Positions 48,983-59,050 of a stretch of 64,000 nt of DNA are shown in pieces; positions within the stretch are counted from its first letter, which is position 1; every line of letters begins with the position of its first letter. Source of the stretch: Candidatus Moraniibacteriota bacterium (lineage in GTDB: Bacteria; Patescibacteriota; Minisyncoccia; Moranbacterales; GWC2-37-73); NCBI GenBank assembly GCA_036845785.1, contig DAIUDF010000003.1, positions 475-64,474 on the forward strand, read 5' to 3'. The position numbers were made by a program, and so were the translations under genes. The notes under the pieces are model-generated. The model was not told the DNA's origin. It saw only the letters and a list, made by a program, of their open reading frames with translations, and searched no databases.

Positions 48983-50090
48983 ATGGCTTTAAAAGAAACG
49001 CAAGACAAACTTAGTTTAATAAAATCTAAACTCCCGCAATTGCGGGACTGTCTTTGAGGTTGCAGAAAAAAAACAGAAAATCACAGAATTAACACAAAAA
49101 ACTGTAGAAAAAGATTTTTGGAATGATCCGCAGAAAGCTGCGCAAATATCCAAAGAAATAGAAATTCTGAAAAGTGAAGTTGAAGGTTTTGAAAATATTG
49201 AAAAAAAGACCCAAGAAATTGAAGAACTGCTGACTTTGTTTGAATCGGCAACTGAAAAAGAACAGGCAGAAATTGGAAAACAAGTTGAGGAATTGCAAAA
49301 AGAATTTGAAGCTTTAGAGTTCAAAACTCTTCTTGGTGGTCAATATGACAAAAACGACGTGATTCTAGCTATTCGCAGCGGAGCTGGCGGAGTGGACGCA
49401 CAGGATTGGTCAGAGATGCTTCTCAGGATGTATTTGCGCTGGGCGGAAAAAAATGGTTTCAAAACCAAAATTATTGAAAAATCACAAGGCTCTGAAGCCG
49501 GGATAAAAAGCGCTACTATGGAAATTTCCGGGCCGTATGCTTATGGCTATCTCCAAAGCGAAGCCGGCGTGCATCGCTTGGTGCGACTTTCGCCGTTCAA
49601 TGCTGACAATTTGCGCCAGACTTCTTTTTCTTTGGTTGAAATTTTGCCGGTTATTGAAGAAATTACTGAAGTGACCATAAATCCTCAGGATTTAGTTATT
49701 GATACCTATCGTTCTTCCGGTGCGGGCGGGCAGCACGTGAACACAACCGACAGTGCAGTGCGCATCACCCACACGCCCTCAGGCATTGTAGTGACTTGTC
49801 AAAGCGAAAGATCGCAGCTGCAGAATAAAGAGCAAGCCATGCGCGTATTAAAAGCAAGGCTGCATAAACTGTTTTTGGAAAAACAACAGGAAGAAAAAAT
49901 GAAACTGCGGGGCGAACACAAAAGCGCGGAATGGGGAAGTCAAATCAGATCATATGTTCTGCATCCATACAAGATGGTCAAGGATCACAGGACCAAGCAG
50001 GAAATCAGTGATCCGGAGAAGGTTTTAGATGGGGAACTCCAAGAATTCATGGAAAGTTATTTGCGCTGGCAAGCTAGTATAAAAAAGTGA
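48983..50090 (+). CDS. prfB: Peptide chain release factor 2, which requires a programmed +1 ribosomal frameshift at CTT TGA G (49052-49058)
   Basis: Frame A from ATG 48983 reads MALKETQDKLSLIKSKLPQLRDCL and then hits TGA at 49055. Frame +1 from 49056 continues EVAEKKQKITELTQKTVEKDFWNDPQKAAQ… into the track ORF 49236..50090, which carries the SPF and GGQ motifs. This is the same architecture as the E. coli prfB frameshift (LRGYL-stop-D). Confidence 0.85.
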
Positions 50091-50206
50091 ACTATGTTAT
50101 AATTGAAATATAAACAAATACGAACACAGAGCAAAACAGAAAAACACAGAAGAGCAGAATTTTCCGTGTTCATTCTGTTAGCTTCCGTGTAATTCCGTGA
50201 TAATTT

Positions 50207-50887
50207 ATGATTAGATTTGAAAATGTTTCAAAAATATATCCCGGCGACTTTGTTGCGCTGGAAAGCATAAATCTTGACATTCAGCAGGGAGATTTTGTTT
50301 CCATTATAGGCCCCAGCGGATCTGGAAAATCAACTTTGCTCAAGCTTGTCTATGTTGAAGAACAGCCGACAACCGGCACGGTTTTTTTTAATGATCGTCC
50401 CTTAGATTCCATAAAAACAAAGCATTTGCCATATTTTCGAAGAAACATCGGAACTGTTTTTCAGGATTTTAAACTTTTGCCGCAAAAAACTGCCTATGAA
50501 AATGTAGCCTATGCCTTGGAGGTTTCCGACGGATCGGTCGAGGAAATAAAAGAAATTGTGCCGGAAATTTTAGATTTGGTCGGTATGAGCGATAAAATGG
50601 AAAAATATCCGCGGCAACTTTCCGGCGGAGAGCAGCAAAAAGTCTGTTTGGCACGGGCCTTGGTCAGAAAACCTTTGGTGATTATTGCTGATGAGCCGAC
50701 TGGCAATCTTGATCCGAATTCAACCTTGGAAATTATGCAGCTGCTTCTGAAAATAAACAGCATGGGTACGACGGTTCTTCTGGCTTCGCACAATAAAAAT
50801 ATCATAGATAAAATCAACCGACGCGTAGTCGAGCTTAATAATGGAAGAGTTGTCAGGGACAACATCAAGAGTAAATATAATGTATAG
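50207..50887 (+). CDS. ftsE: Cell division ATP-binding protein FtsE
   Basis: Walker [10 protein letters not shown], signature LSGGEQQK, and ftsX follows. Confidence 0.85.
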   Translation: MIRFENVSKIYPGDFVALESINLDIQQGDFVSIIGPSGSGKSTLLKLVYVEEQPTTGTVFFNDRPLDSIKTKHLPYFRRNIGTVFQDFKLLPQKTAYENVAYALEVSDGSVEEIKEIVPEILDLVGMSDKMEKYPRQLSGGEQQKVCLARALVRKPLVIIADEPTGNLDPNSTLEIMQLLLKINSMGTTVLLASHNKNIIDKINRRVVELNNGRVVRDNIKSKYNV

Positions 50888-50916
50888 GAACAAAAAAGGA
50901 GAAAAATCATAAACCA

Positions 50917-51834
50917 ATGAACATAAAAAAAATAAAATTAATCAGGACGTTTCAGGAAGGCTTGGATAATTTCCGCCGCAACGGCTGGCTCAGTTTTGCA
51001 ACTGTCAGTGTGTTGGCGATTTCACTATATATAATCAGCTTCACTGTCATTTTAGGCATTACTGCCAACATGGTTTTGAAAAACATACAAGACAAAATCA
51101 ATGTCAGTGTCTATTTTAATTCTGATGTTGAAGAAAGTTATATTTTGGAAATGAAAGACAAGATTGTCGGCTATCCGGAAATAAAATCAGTCGATTATGT
51201 TTCCAAAGATCAGGCGTTGGACAATTTCAGAAAACTTGGCGATAATAATCAATCCATCAACCAAGCTCTGGAAGAATTGGGCGAAAATCCGCTTTTGGCC
51301 TCTTTGGTTATAAAAGCCAATCTTCCGGAACAATATGAAATAATCAGCAAATCAATCGGCGGGTCTGTTTTTGCGGAAAACATCAGCCGGATTGATTTTG
51401 AAGACAATAAAAAAGCCATTAGTCGATTGACTTCAATTATAAACATGGTGGAAAAAACAGGGCTGGTGCTTGGCATTATCTTTGTTTTTATTGGAATTCT
51501 CATAACCTTCAACGCTATCCGTCTCACGATGTACGCGCACAAACAGGAATTTGAAATTATGCGGTTAGTCGGCGCATCCAATTTATACATCCGCATGCCG
51601 TTCATTTTTGAAGGAATTTTTTACGGGGTTGCTTCAGCCATTATTGTTTTTGCGGCGCTCTTGATTACTGCAAAATTTATGGCGCCTCTGACTGAAGGCA
51701 GCATCAACGGCGGCGACATCTTTTCTTTTTGCTTTTCAAATTCTTTTATAATTTTGCCGGCGTTGCTCCTGTTTGGCATTCTTTTGGGAACCGTCAGCGG
51801 TTTCATTGCCATCCGCAGATATCTGAAGATATAA
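50917..51834 (+). CDS. ftsX: Cell division permease FtsX
   Basis: A 4-TM FtsX fold in 305 aa. Confidence 0.8.
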   Translation: MNIKKIKLIRTFQEGLDNFRRNGWLSFATVSVLAISLYIISFTVILGITANMVLKNIQDKINVSVYFNSDVEESYILEMKDKIVGYPEIKSVDYVSKDQALDNFRKLGDNNQSINQALEELGENPLLASLVIKANLPEQYEIISKSIGGSVFAENISRIDFEDNKKAISRLTSIINMVEKTGLVLGIIFVFIGILITFNAIRLTMYAHKQEFEIMRLVGASNLYIRMPFIFEGIFYGVASAIIVFAALLITAKFMAPLTEGSINGGDIFSFCFSNSFIILPALLLFGILLGTVSGFIAIRRYLKI

Positions 51835-52106
51835 ATCTAAACCAAATTTTCAATTCACAATTTACAAATTTCAATAATGACCTGCTTTGCGGGTCTTATT
51901 TACTTTTTAGTTTAAAAGTAGTATAAATAGATTATAAAAAGGCTTTATTATGGCATCCCAGCACCAAATTCCAAAGAATGTTATGTGGCAAGAGATAATT
52001 TCTTTCACGGGAACGCCTTCGGCTTAAAAAGCAATTAAAATAAATTATAATATAGAATTGGTGCGGGACGCTCATGTTTGTAGCTGCTCGTGCCTCGCAG
52101 ACAAAC

Positions 52107-53489
52107 ATGGCTGACAATTCAATGGAAAAAATCGTTTCACTTTGCAAAAGACGGGGTTTTGTGTTTCCATCCTCGGAGATTTATGGCGGTTTTGCGGCGG
52201 TTTATGACCTGGGTCCGTATGGGGTAGAACTTGCTAATAATATCAAGAGAGAATGGTGGAAAGCTATGGTGCAGATGCGAGACGACATTGTCGGACTTGA
52301 TAGTGCTATTTTTATGAGTCCAAAAATCTGGGAAGCTTCCGGACATGTTGGCGGTTTTTCTGATCCTTTGGCGGAATGCAAAAAATGCCATTCCAGAGTT
52401 AGAATTGATCATTTGCTTTCAGAGCTGGGTATAAATGCGGATGAAAAAATGGGCTTGGAAGAACTCAATAAAATTTTTGCTGATAATAAAGATAAAATAA
52501 AATGTCCTAATTGTGGAAAAAATGAATTTTCCGACATTAAAAAATTTAATCTTTTGGTCAAATCAAATTTGGGAAACTTTACGGATGATTGGAGCAAAGA
52601 ACCGGTATATCTTCGCGGAGAAACTTGCCAAGGAATTTATGTAAATTATAAAAATGTTCTGGATTCCACGCGGGTCAAGATTCCTTTTGGAATCGCTCAG
52701 ATCGGAAAAGCATTCAGGAATGAAATCACGGCTAGGCAATTTATTTTCCGAACGCGCGAATTCGAACAGATGGAAATGCAATATTTCACAAATCCTGAAA
52801 ACGAAATGACGGAATATGAAAAACTGCGGAAATATCGCTGGAATTTTTACATAAACCTGGGAATAAAGAAAAAAAATTTGAAGTGGCATAAACATGAAAA
52901 TTTGGTTTTTTATGCCAAAGAAGCTTATGACATAGAATATGATTACCCGTTTGGTTTTTCAGAGCTCGAAGGCGTGCATGCACGGGGTGATTATGATTTG
53001 ACTCAACATTCTAAATTTTCCGGCAAAGACCTGTCCTATATTGATCCTGCGAGCAACAAAAAATATATGCCGCATATCATAGAATCGTCAGTGGGTGTTA
53101 CCAGAACATTCTTGGCTGTCCTTTGCGATAGTTATATTGAAGAAAAGGCAGGTGAAGATATCAGGACTGTTTTGAAAATCAATAAAAAATTAGCGCCGAT
53201 TAAGGTTGCCGTTTTTCCGCTGATGAAAAACAAGCCGGAACTGGTTTCCAAGGCGCGGGAAATTTATGACACATTGAAAGCTGATTTTATGTGTGAATTT
53301 GATGATAATGGCAATGTGGGGAAGCGCTATCGCCGGCAAGATGAAATCGGCACGCCCTATTGCATCACAGTTGATTTTGACAGTTTGGAAAAAGGCGACG
53401 TGACAGTCAGAGACCGCGACACCATGCAGCAGGAAAGAATTGCTATTGATAAACTTCCCGAATTTTTCAAGGAAAAATTGGAAAATTAA
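52107..53489 (+). CDS. glyQS: Glycine--tRNA ligase (dimeric class II GlyQS type)
   Basis: MEKIVSLCKRRGFVFPSSEIYGG is a typical N-terminus, and the class II motifs and C-terminal anticodon-binding domain are present. The start is set at ATG 52107. Confidence 0.85.
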   Translation: MADNSMEKIVSLCKRRGFVFPSSEIYGGFAAVYDLGPYGVELANNIKREWWKAMVQMRDDIVGLDSAIFMSPKIWEASGHVGGFSDPLAECKKCHSRVRIDHLLSELGINADEKMGLEELNKIFADNKDKIKCPNCGKNEFSDIKKFNLLVKSNLGNFTDDWSKEPVYLRGETCQGIYVNYKNVLDSTRVKIPFGIAQIGKAFRNEITARQFIFRTREFEQMEMQYFTNPENEMTEYEKLRKYRWNFYINLGIKKKNLKWHKHENLVFYAKEAYDIEYDYPFGFSELEGVHARGDYDLTQHSKFSGKDLSYIDPASNKKYMPHIIESSVGVTRTFLAVLCDSYIEEKAGEDIRTVLKINKKLAPIKVAVFPLMKNKPELVSKAREIYDTLKADFMCEFDDNGNVGKRYRRQDEIGTPYCITVDFDSLEKGDVTVRDRDTMQQERIAIDKLPEFFKEKLEN

Positions 53490-53763
53490 CTTAACCATAA
53501 TTTGTTTAGCGCTTATATATTTATTTTTTTATTTCACTACTCGGCGCGGTAAATTTTTATTTAATTTATCAAAACGGCAACCTATAAAATCAATATTTGA
53601 TTTAACGCTTTGCTAGCGCCTGCGAAGAGTTCCATAAAAAAATAAATATATTAAGCGCTATTATTATAAACAGTGGATAACTTATCCACTTTTTTCTTTG
53701 CATATTCTCAATTTTTGCTATAATAAATTTGTTTTACAATTTTTAAAAATTTAAGAATAGGAT

Positions 53764-54198
53764 TTGTTTTTGAAAAACATCAAATCTTATTTGCTGGAAA
53801 AAATGGAAACAATCAATTTCGGAGAGCATTTGACTCTTGATGGCTATGGAGGGAACTTTGAAAAATTAAACGACAAGGAAACTGTTTTGGAATGCCTTGA
53901 TAAGCTGCCGGAACTTCTGGGCATGCACAAGCTTTCCAAGCCCGAGGTATATTTTTCCGAAGGCAATGACATTAAGGATCCGGGCGGTTGGACAGGCGTT
54001 GTAACCATCGCTGAAAGCCACATTGCCGTCCACACTTTTTCCAGAAGGGGATTTGTCAGCGCCGATGTCTATACCTGCAAAAACGGCATGGATTGTGATT
54101 TCATAACTAACTATTTTAAAGACAAATTTGAATTGAAAGATGTGGAAACTAATTTCATCAAACGGGGAACAAGATATCCGGCGGAAAATATGTATTGA
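53764..54198 (+). CDS. speH: S-adenosylmethionine decarboxylase proenzyme (SpeH type, pyruvoyl-dependent)
   Basis: HLTLDGYGG … VTIAESHIAVHTF, where Glu-Ser is the self-cleavage site. Confidence 0.8.
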   Translation: MFLKNIKSYLLEKMETINFGEHLTLDGYGGNFEKLNDKETVLECLDKLPELLGMHKLSKPEVYFSEGNDIKDPGGWTGVVTIAESHIAVHTFSRRGFVSADVYTCKNGMDCDFITNYFKDKFELKDVETNFIKRGTRYPAENMY

Positions 54199-54503
54199 CA
54201 AGAATATCAATCCATGTTAGAAATCAAATAGATAATAAATTTATAAAGTTTTATGCAACAGCGAGGTTATCAGCTGAATAGAAAACATTGGACCGTTGAA
54301 AACGATTGTTTTTTTGCGTCTCCAATTGTGGAAAACATTTCGTTTAGCTGTGATTATCTGAAGCAATTTTTTATAAAAACCAATTAACTTTGTTTATAAA
54401 TTCTTTCTTGGAAAATCCCGGCTAAACAAAAGCCGGGTTTTTGTTTGGCAAATTGTTGTTTAACAATCTGTCTAAACCAATTAACTAAAAAAGGAGAAAA
54501 ATT

Positions 54504-55685
54504 ATGAAAAAGAAAAATGTCGATTCGAATGTTTGGAAACTCTATCTGATCAAAGCTGTCAAAAGCGGAATGTTTAGTATTCCGATCATCGTGTTATTTT
54601 TCAAAGAAAACGGCCTCTCGATGAAAGAAATTTTGTTGTTGCAATCATTGTTTTCGATCGTGGTAATTTCTTTGGAGCTGCCAACCGGACGTTTTGCGGA
54701 TCGGGTCAGCAGGAAAATATCAATATTAATCGGGGGAATTATGGCGACTATTGGATATATATTATATTCATTGTCGTATACTTTCTGGGGATTTTTATGC
54801 GCGGAAGCAATTTTGGGAGTTGGTCTCAGTTTCGTTTCCGGGGCTGACAGCGCAATGCTCTATGACACCTTGCTCGAAAGAGAAGCAGAAAGTGAATACA
54901 AAAAAGTACAAGGCAAAAGTGACAGTGTTGGCATGATTTCCGAAGGAGTAACCAGCATTATTGGCGGGGCTTTGGCTTTGATAAGTCTGAGGTTTCCGCT
55001 CTATTGGGATGCCGGGCTGACATTTCTGATGGTTCCGCTAGCCTTAACATTGGCTGAACCGAAAGTGCACAGAGCGGAAAATGCCGAGAGTGTTTTTGTT
55101 CAGACGTGGAAACTTCTCAAGTTTTCCTTGAATGATCATAAGGAACTGAAGTGGCTGATATTCTACTCGGCAATCATAGGCGCTTCAACGCTGACAATGG
55201 TGTGGTTTATCCAGACATATTGGGTTGCCACCAATGTGCCGCTCAAATTCTTCGGTGTTTTGTGGGCAACTTTGCAATTTTCAGCCGCCTTCTTTTCCTG
55301 GCGCGCGCACAGCATTGAAAAATATCTGGGCCGGAAAAAATCACTGATTATGCTGATTGTGTTTCCAGTGGTTGGATATTTTGTCTTGAGCACTTCTTTG
55401 TTTATTTGGCTGAATGTTTTTATGCTTCTTTTCTATGTGACAAGAGGCATAAACAACCCGGTAATTTCAGACTACATAAATGGATTGGTGTCTTCAGAAA
55501 TCAGAGCCTCGATTCTTTCGGTGAAAAATCTGATTGGAAGATTGGTGTTTTCTATGGTTGGGCCGTTTGTCGGTTGGATCAATGATATGATTTCACTGCA
55601 AATGGCGCTGGCAATTTCGGGTTCCATATTCATGGTTTCCGGAATGATCGCATTGTTTTTCATGCGCAAGCATAAAGCCTTGTGA
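54504..55685 (+). CDS. MFS transporter
   Basis: A 12-TM topology with the ELPTGRFADRVSRK MFS motif. Confidence 0.75.
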   Translation: MKKKNVDSNVWKLYLIKAVKSGMFSIPIIVLFFKENGLSMKEILLLQSLFSIVVISLELPTGRFADRVSRKISILIGGIMATIGYILYSLSYTFWGFLCAEAILGVGLSFVSGADSAMLYDTLLEREAESEYKKVQGKSDSVGMISEGVTSIIGGALALISLRFPLYWDAGLTFLMVPLALTLAEPKVHRAENAESVFVQTWKLLKFSLNDHKELKWLIFYSAIIGASTLTMVWFIQTYWVATNVPLKFFGVLWATLQFSAAFFSWRAHSIEKYLGRKKSLIMLIVFPVVGYFVLSTSLFIWLNVFMLLFYVTRGINNPVISDYINGLVSSEIRASILSVKNLIGRLVFSMVGPFVGWINDMISLQMALAISGSIFMVSGMIALFFMRKHKAL

Positions 55686-55810
55686 TTAAAAAAATAGCAG
55701 TTTCTATTTTAGAAACTGCTATTAAATTTATATTAAAACCATTTTTATGCCGGGTATTGACAAGTTTTTCAGGCATGCTATACTTTACTATAGTAAAGTA
55801 TATTAATCAT

Positions 55811-56137
55811 ATGAAAAACCTGAACAGTAAAAAAACTAAAGAACTAATTATGGCTATTTTGGCTCTAAATAGAGAAAAAGAGGCTAGAAATTTTCTGCGT
55901 GATCTCATGACGGAAAAAGAAATTTTTGAATTGGAAAATCGCTGGAAGGCAGCCAAGATGCTGGCCGAAAAAATATCCTATCCAAAAATCCAAAAAGAAA
56001 CAGGGCTTAGTACCAGAACTATTGCTCGTATTTCCGATTGGCTAAAAAATGGCAAAGGCGGATATAAAACAATGATAAATAAACTAAATATTCATCATCA
56101 TAATTCTTCTCGGAAGAGATCAATTATGACTGGTTAA
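55811..56137 (+). CDS. TrpR-like protein, YerC/YecD family
   Basis: LALNREKEARNFLRDLMTEKEI…ETGLSTRTIARIS matches the YerC pattern. The ATG at 55811 is in frame with the track ORF. Confidence 0.7.
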   Translation: MKNLNSKKTKELIMAILALNREKEARNFLRDLMTEKEIFELENRWKAAKMLAEKISYPKIQKETGLSTRTIARISDWLKNGKGGYKTMINKLNIHHHNSSRKRSIMTG

Positions 56138-56170
56138 TATTTTTTTAAAATAATTTTCTTATCATAGTCG

Positions 56171-56200
56171 ATCCCTTTTGAGAAGGGATTTTTCTTTTTT
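56171..56200 (+). terminator. Rho-independent terminator
   Basis: atccctt-ttgag-aagggat followed by tttttcttttttc. Confidence 0.5.
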
Positions 56201-56305
56201 CAAAAGAATAGTTTTTTAAAAATAAAATAAAGGAGGTGATGCATTCAGTGTTAATCGGAAGAAGTTATTAATGACAAAAACCTTAACAATACAAAAGGAG
56301 CTAAG

Positions 56306-56623
56306 ATGAAAAAAATAACAGTTGCGGAAGTCAAATTTAATAATGCTGGATTAGTTGATGTTATCGTGCAGGACAGAGCCAGTATGGTTGTTCTTGTTAA
56401 ATCAGTAATGAGCCAAGCGGCTCTTTCTGAAACATTGAAAACGGGGCTTGTTACTTTGTATAGTCCAATTAGGGGCTGTCTCTGGCGAGTAGGAGAAAAT
56501 TCTGGCCATCGTCCAGCCATTATCAGTATTCTTGCTAATTGGAGTGGCAAGTGTTTGCTGCTTATGGTTGACGCGAAAGTGGAAGCTCTCAAAGAAGCTG
56601 GTTTTGACAGGGTGATTTTATAG
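56306..56623 (+). CDS. Phosphoribosyl-AMP cyclohydrolase-like protein (HisI fold)
   Basis: VDVIVQD…LWRVGENSGH resembles the HisI core (AIVQD…LWRKGETSGN), but the downstream metal-binding Cys pattern differs. It has an AAAGGAG SD. Confidence 0.45.
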   Translation: MKKITVAEVKFNNAGLVDVIVQDRASMVVLVKSVMSQAALSETLKTGLVTLYSPIRGCLWRVGENSGHRPAIISILANWSGKCLLLMVDAKVEALKEAGFDRVIL

Positions 56624-56679
56624 GAAACAAATAAAAAATGAAAAGACAAAATTTTCCTTTTCTCTGAAAAACAAAAATT

Positions 56680-56709
56680 GACGCTTTGAAATTCAAAGCG
56701 TCTTTTTTT
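56680..56709 (+). terminator. Rho-independent terminator
   Basis: gacgctttgaa-a-ttcaaagcgtc followed by ttttttt. Confidence 0.7.
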
Positions 56710-56797
56710 AATATTTCATATGATCCAAAAATTTTTGAATTGACTTTTCTGATTAAAGTGCTATTCTGTGTTTATGAAGACTAGAAATTTACCAGTT

Positions 56798-56839
56798 ATG
56801 GCTTGGTGGACTGTCCATTATGTTGGGCAGAGTTTTTAG
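56798..56839 (+). CDS. trp leader peptide MAWWTVHYVGQSF (tandem Trp codons)
   Basis: ATG GCT TGG TGG ACT…TAG, read from the sequence, 300 nt upstream of trpB. A dyad ttgggcag (56823) / ctgcccaa (56871) and then a T-run (56890-56897) follow. Confidence 0.5.
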   Translation: MAWWTVHYVGQSF

Positions 56840-57138
56840 TGTTTCTGAAATAATATAGCTTTACACAAAACTGCCCAACTCTTGGACGGTTTTTTTATTT
56901 ATGAAAAATTATTTAAAACATTATTATTTCTATAATCGCTGCACGGAATCTTGGCGCATCTTTGCTGTGTTTTTATTTCTAAATTATTAATTTAAAATTC
57001 ACCCTGTTAAATAATTTTGTACTCAAAATTAAGATTTGAACAATTATTTAAATCAATAATGGGTGAATAACTAACAAATAATTATAAATAAATTGCATCT
57101 CTTGTAAGTAAGAGGTTCAATCTTATTTAACAGGGTAA

Positions 57139-58332
57139 ATGAAAAATTTAAAAAATCAACCAAATAAGAAAGGTTTCTTTGGGGAATATGGCGGACAATT
57201 TGTTCCCGAAGAATTGAAAAATGCTTTAGCAGAAGTGGCGGTGGCTTACGAAGAAGCTAAGAAAGATAAGAAATTTATTTCGGAATATAATGATCTGCTG
57301 AAAAATTATGTTGGCCGTCCTTCGCCGTTATATTTTGCTAAAAATCTCAGCGAAAAATTAGGTGGAGCAAAAATATATCTGAAGCGCGAGGATCTGAATC
57401 ATACAGGTGCACATAAAATCAATCACTGTCTAGGCGAGGCGTTGTTGGCTAAAAGAATGGGCAAGAAAAAATTGATTGCCGAAACCGGGGCTGGACAGCA
57501 CGGAGTTGCTCTAGCAACAGCCGCAGCACTTATGGGAATTGAATGCGAAATTCATATGGGCGCAATTGATGTGGCCAAACAAAAACCCAATGTGATTCGC
57601 ATGAAAATGCTGGGCGCAAAAGTTGTGGAAGTCAAAAGTGGCGGCCAATGTCTTAAAGATGCAGTTGATAGTGCATTCGGAGCATATATCAAAGACTATA
57701 AAACCACATTTTTTGGCATTGGTTCAGTGGTTGGTCCGCATCCGTATCCAATGATGGTGCGTGATTTTCAGTCCATTATTGGAAAAGAAACTAGAAAACA
57801 GATTTTAGAGCAAGAAAAGAAATTGCCGGATTGTTTGATCGCGTGTGTTGGTGGAGGTTCTAATGCAATGGGATTATTCTATGAATTTTTAGGAGACGAA
57901 AAAATTCAGATGATTGGTGTTGAGCCTGGTGGAAAAAGTTTTAAAAAAGGAGAGCATGCCGCTACGCTTACGCTCGGAAAACCGGGAACATTGCATGGAA
58001 TGTTTACCTATCTTTTGCAAAACGAAAAAGGTGAACCGTCGTCTGTGCATTCAATTGCATCGGGACTGGATTATCCGGGAGTTGGTCCAAATCATGCCCA
58101 TCTCAAAGATATTGGTCGGGTGGAATATGTAACAGTTAATGATGAGGAAGCACTAAAAGCTTTTCAAGAACTCTCAATACTTGAAGGAATAATTCCAGCG
58201 CTAGAAAGTGCTCATGCAGTGGCCTATGCGATGAAAATTGCGCCGAAACTAAAAAATAAGGCCATTGTAGTCAATTTGTCTGGTCGGGGAGACAAAGATG
58301 TGGACTACGTGGCGGAAAAGATCAAATTGTAG
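57139..58332 (+). CDS. trpB: Tryptophan synthase beta chain (standalone; no trpA is present in the window)
   Basis: PLP-lysine motif HTGAHKINH and GGGSNA. Confidence 0.9.
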   Translation: MKNLKNQPNKKGFFGEYGGQFVPEELKNALAEVAVAYEEAKKDKKFISEYNDLLKNYVGRPSPLYFAKNLSEKLGGAKIYLKREDLNHTGAHKINHCLGEALLAKRMGKKKLIAETGAGQHGVALATAAALMGIECEIHMGAIDVAKQKPNVIRMKMLGAKVVEVKSGGQCLKDAVDSAFGAYIKDYKTTFFGIGSVVGPHPYPMMVRDFQSIIGKETRKQILEQEKKLPDCLIACVGGGSNAMGLFYEFLGDEKIQMIGVEPGGKSFKKGEHAATLTLGKPGTLHGMFTYLLQNEKGEPSSVHSIASGLDYPGVGPNHAHLKDIGRVEYVTVNDEEALKAFQELSILEGIIPALESAHAVAYAMKIAPKLKNKAIVVNLSGRGDKDVDYVAEKIKL

Positions 58333-58443
58333 TAAATCCGAGTGTGGCTTGGCTCAAAATCAAGCCACACTTCCATTTTTCTATAATTAGGGATAGAAAA
58401 TTTCAAATTTGCACTTATTATGCTATTAAATTAGAATAAATAT

Positions 58444-59046
58444 ATGAAATATTACGACACAATTTATAAGGAAAATAGCAATTTTTGTGGAGGAAAACCA
58501 AACAAGTTGCTATTAAAAATATACAAAAAACTGCCTAAAAAGGCGGAATTTTTGGATCTAGGTTGTGGACAAGGAAAGGACGCTTTTTTTATGTCCAGCA
58601 AAAAATTTAATGTTACTGCTATAGACAGTTCTAAAGTTGCTATAGAACAGATAAAAGAAAAACATAAAAAGAAAAAATATAAAAATCTGAAAGCTATTTG
58701 TCAAAATATAAAAAAATTTACCATTAAACCAAAAAAGTTTTTTGTAATAAACTCTGCAAATTCTCTGCAATTTTTAAACAAAAAAGATTCACTAAGTGTG
58801 ATTCGTAAAATAAAGAAAAATATAATTCCAGGCGGATTTGTCATTATAATTTCTTTTACTGACAAGAACCCTCCATCCAAAAGAAGAAAGTCATGTTTTG
58901 AAAAAAATGAAATGAAAAAAATATTTTCTGATTTTAAAATTATTTATTATTTCGAGGGACTTGTTATTGACCGTGGTCATATTGGCCAGCCTGAGCCTCA
59001 TAAACATGGAATCGTCAAAATAATTGCTAAAAAATTAAATAATTAA
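58444..59046 (+). CDS. Class I SAM-dependent methyltransferase (TehB-like)
   Basis: FLDLGCGQGKDAFFM, a glycine-rich SAM motif. Confidence 0.6.
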   Translation: MKYYDTIYKENSNFCGGKPNKLLLKIYKKLPKKAEFLDLGCGQGKDAFFMSSKKFNVTAIDSSKVAIEQIKEKHKKKKYKNLKAICQNIKKFTIKPKKFFVINSANSLQFLNKKDSLSVIRKIKKNIIPGGFVIIISFTDKNPPSKRRKSCFEKNEMKKIFSDFKIIYYFEGLVIDRGHIGQPEPHKHGIVKIIAKKLNN

Positions 59047-59050
59047 ATTT

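Noticed and set aside
51935-52106. T-box riboswitch upstream of glyQS
   Set aside because: A GGC triplet and aattggtgcgggacgc are present, but the canonical T-box sequence AAUUAGGGUGGNACCGCG and the Stem I features are not recognisable. Only a 9-bp hairpin (catgtttgt…acaaacatg) overlapping the start codon is seen.
53490-53763. Chromosomal origin (oriC) in the AT-rich spacer carrying DnaA-box-like dyads
   Set aside because: No dnaA/dnaN/gyrB neighbours are present, and there are only two boxes. It is kept as a low-interest observation only.
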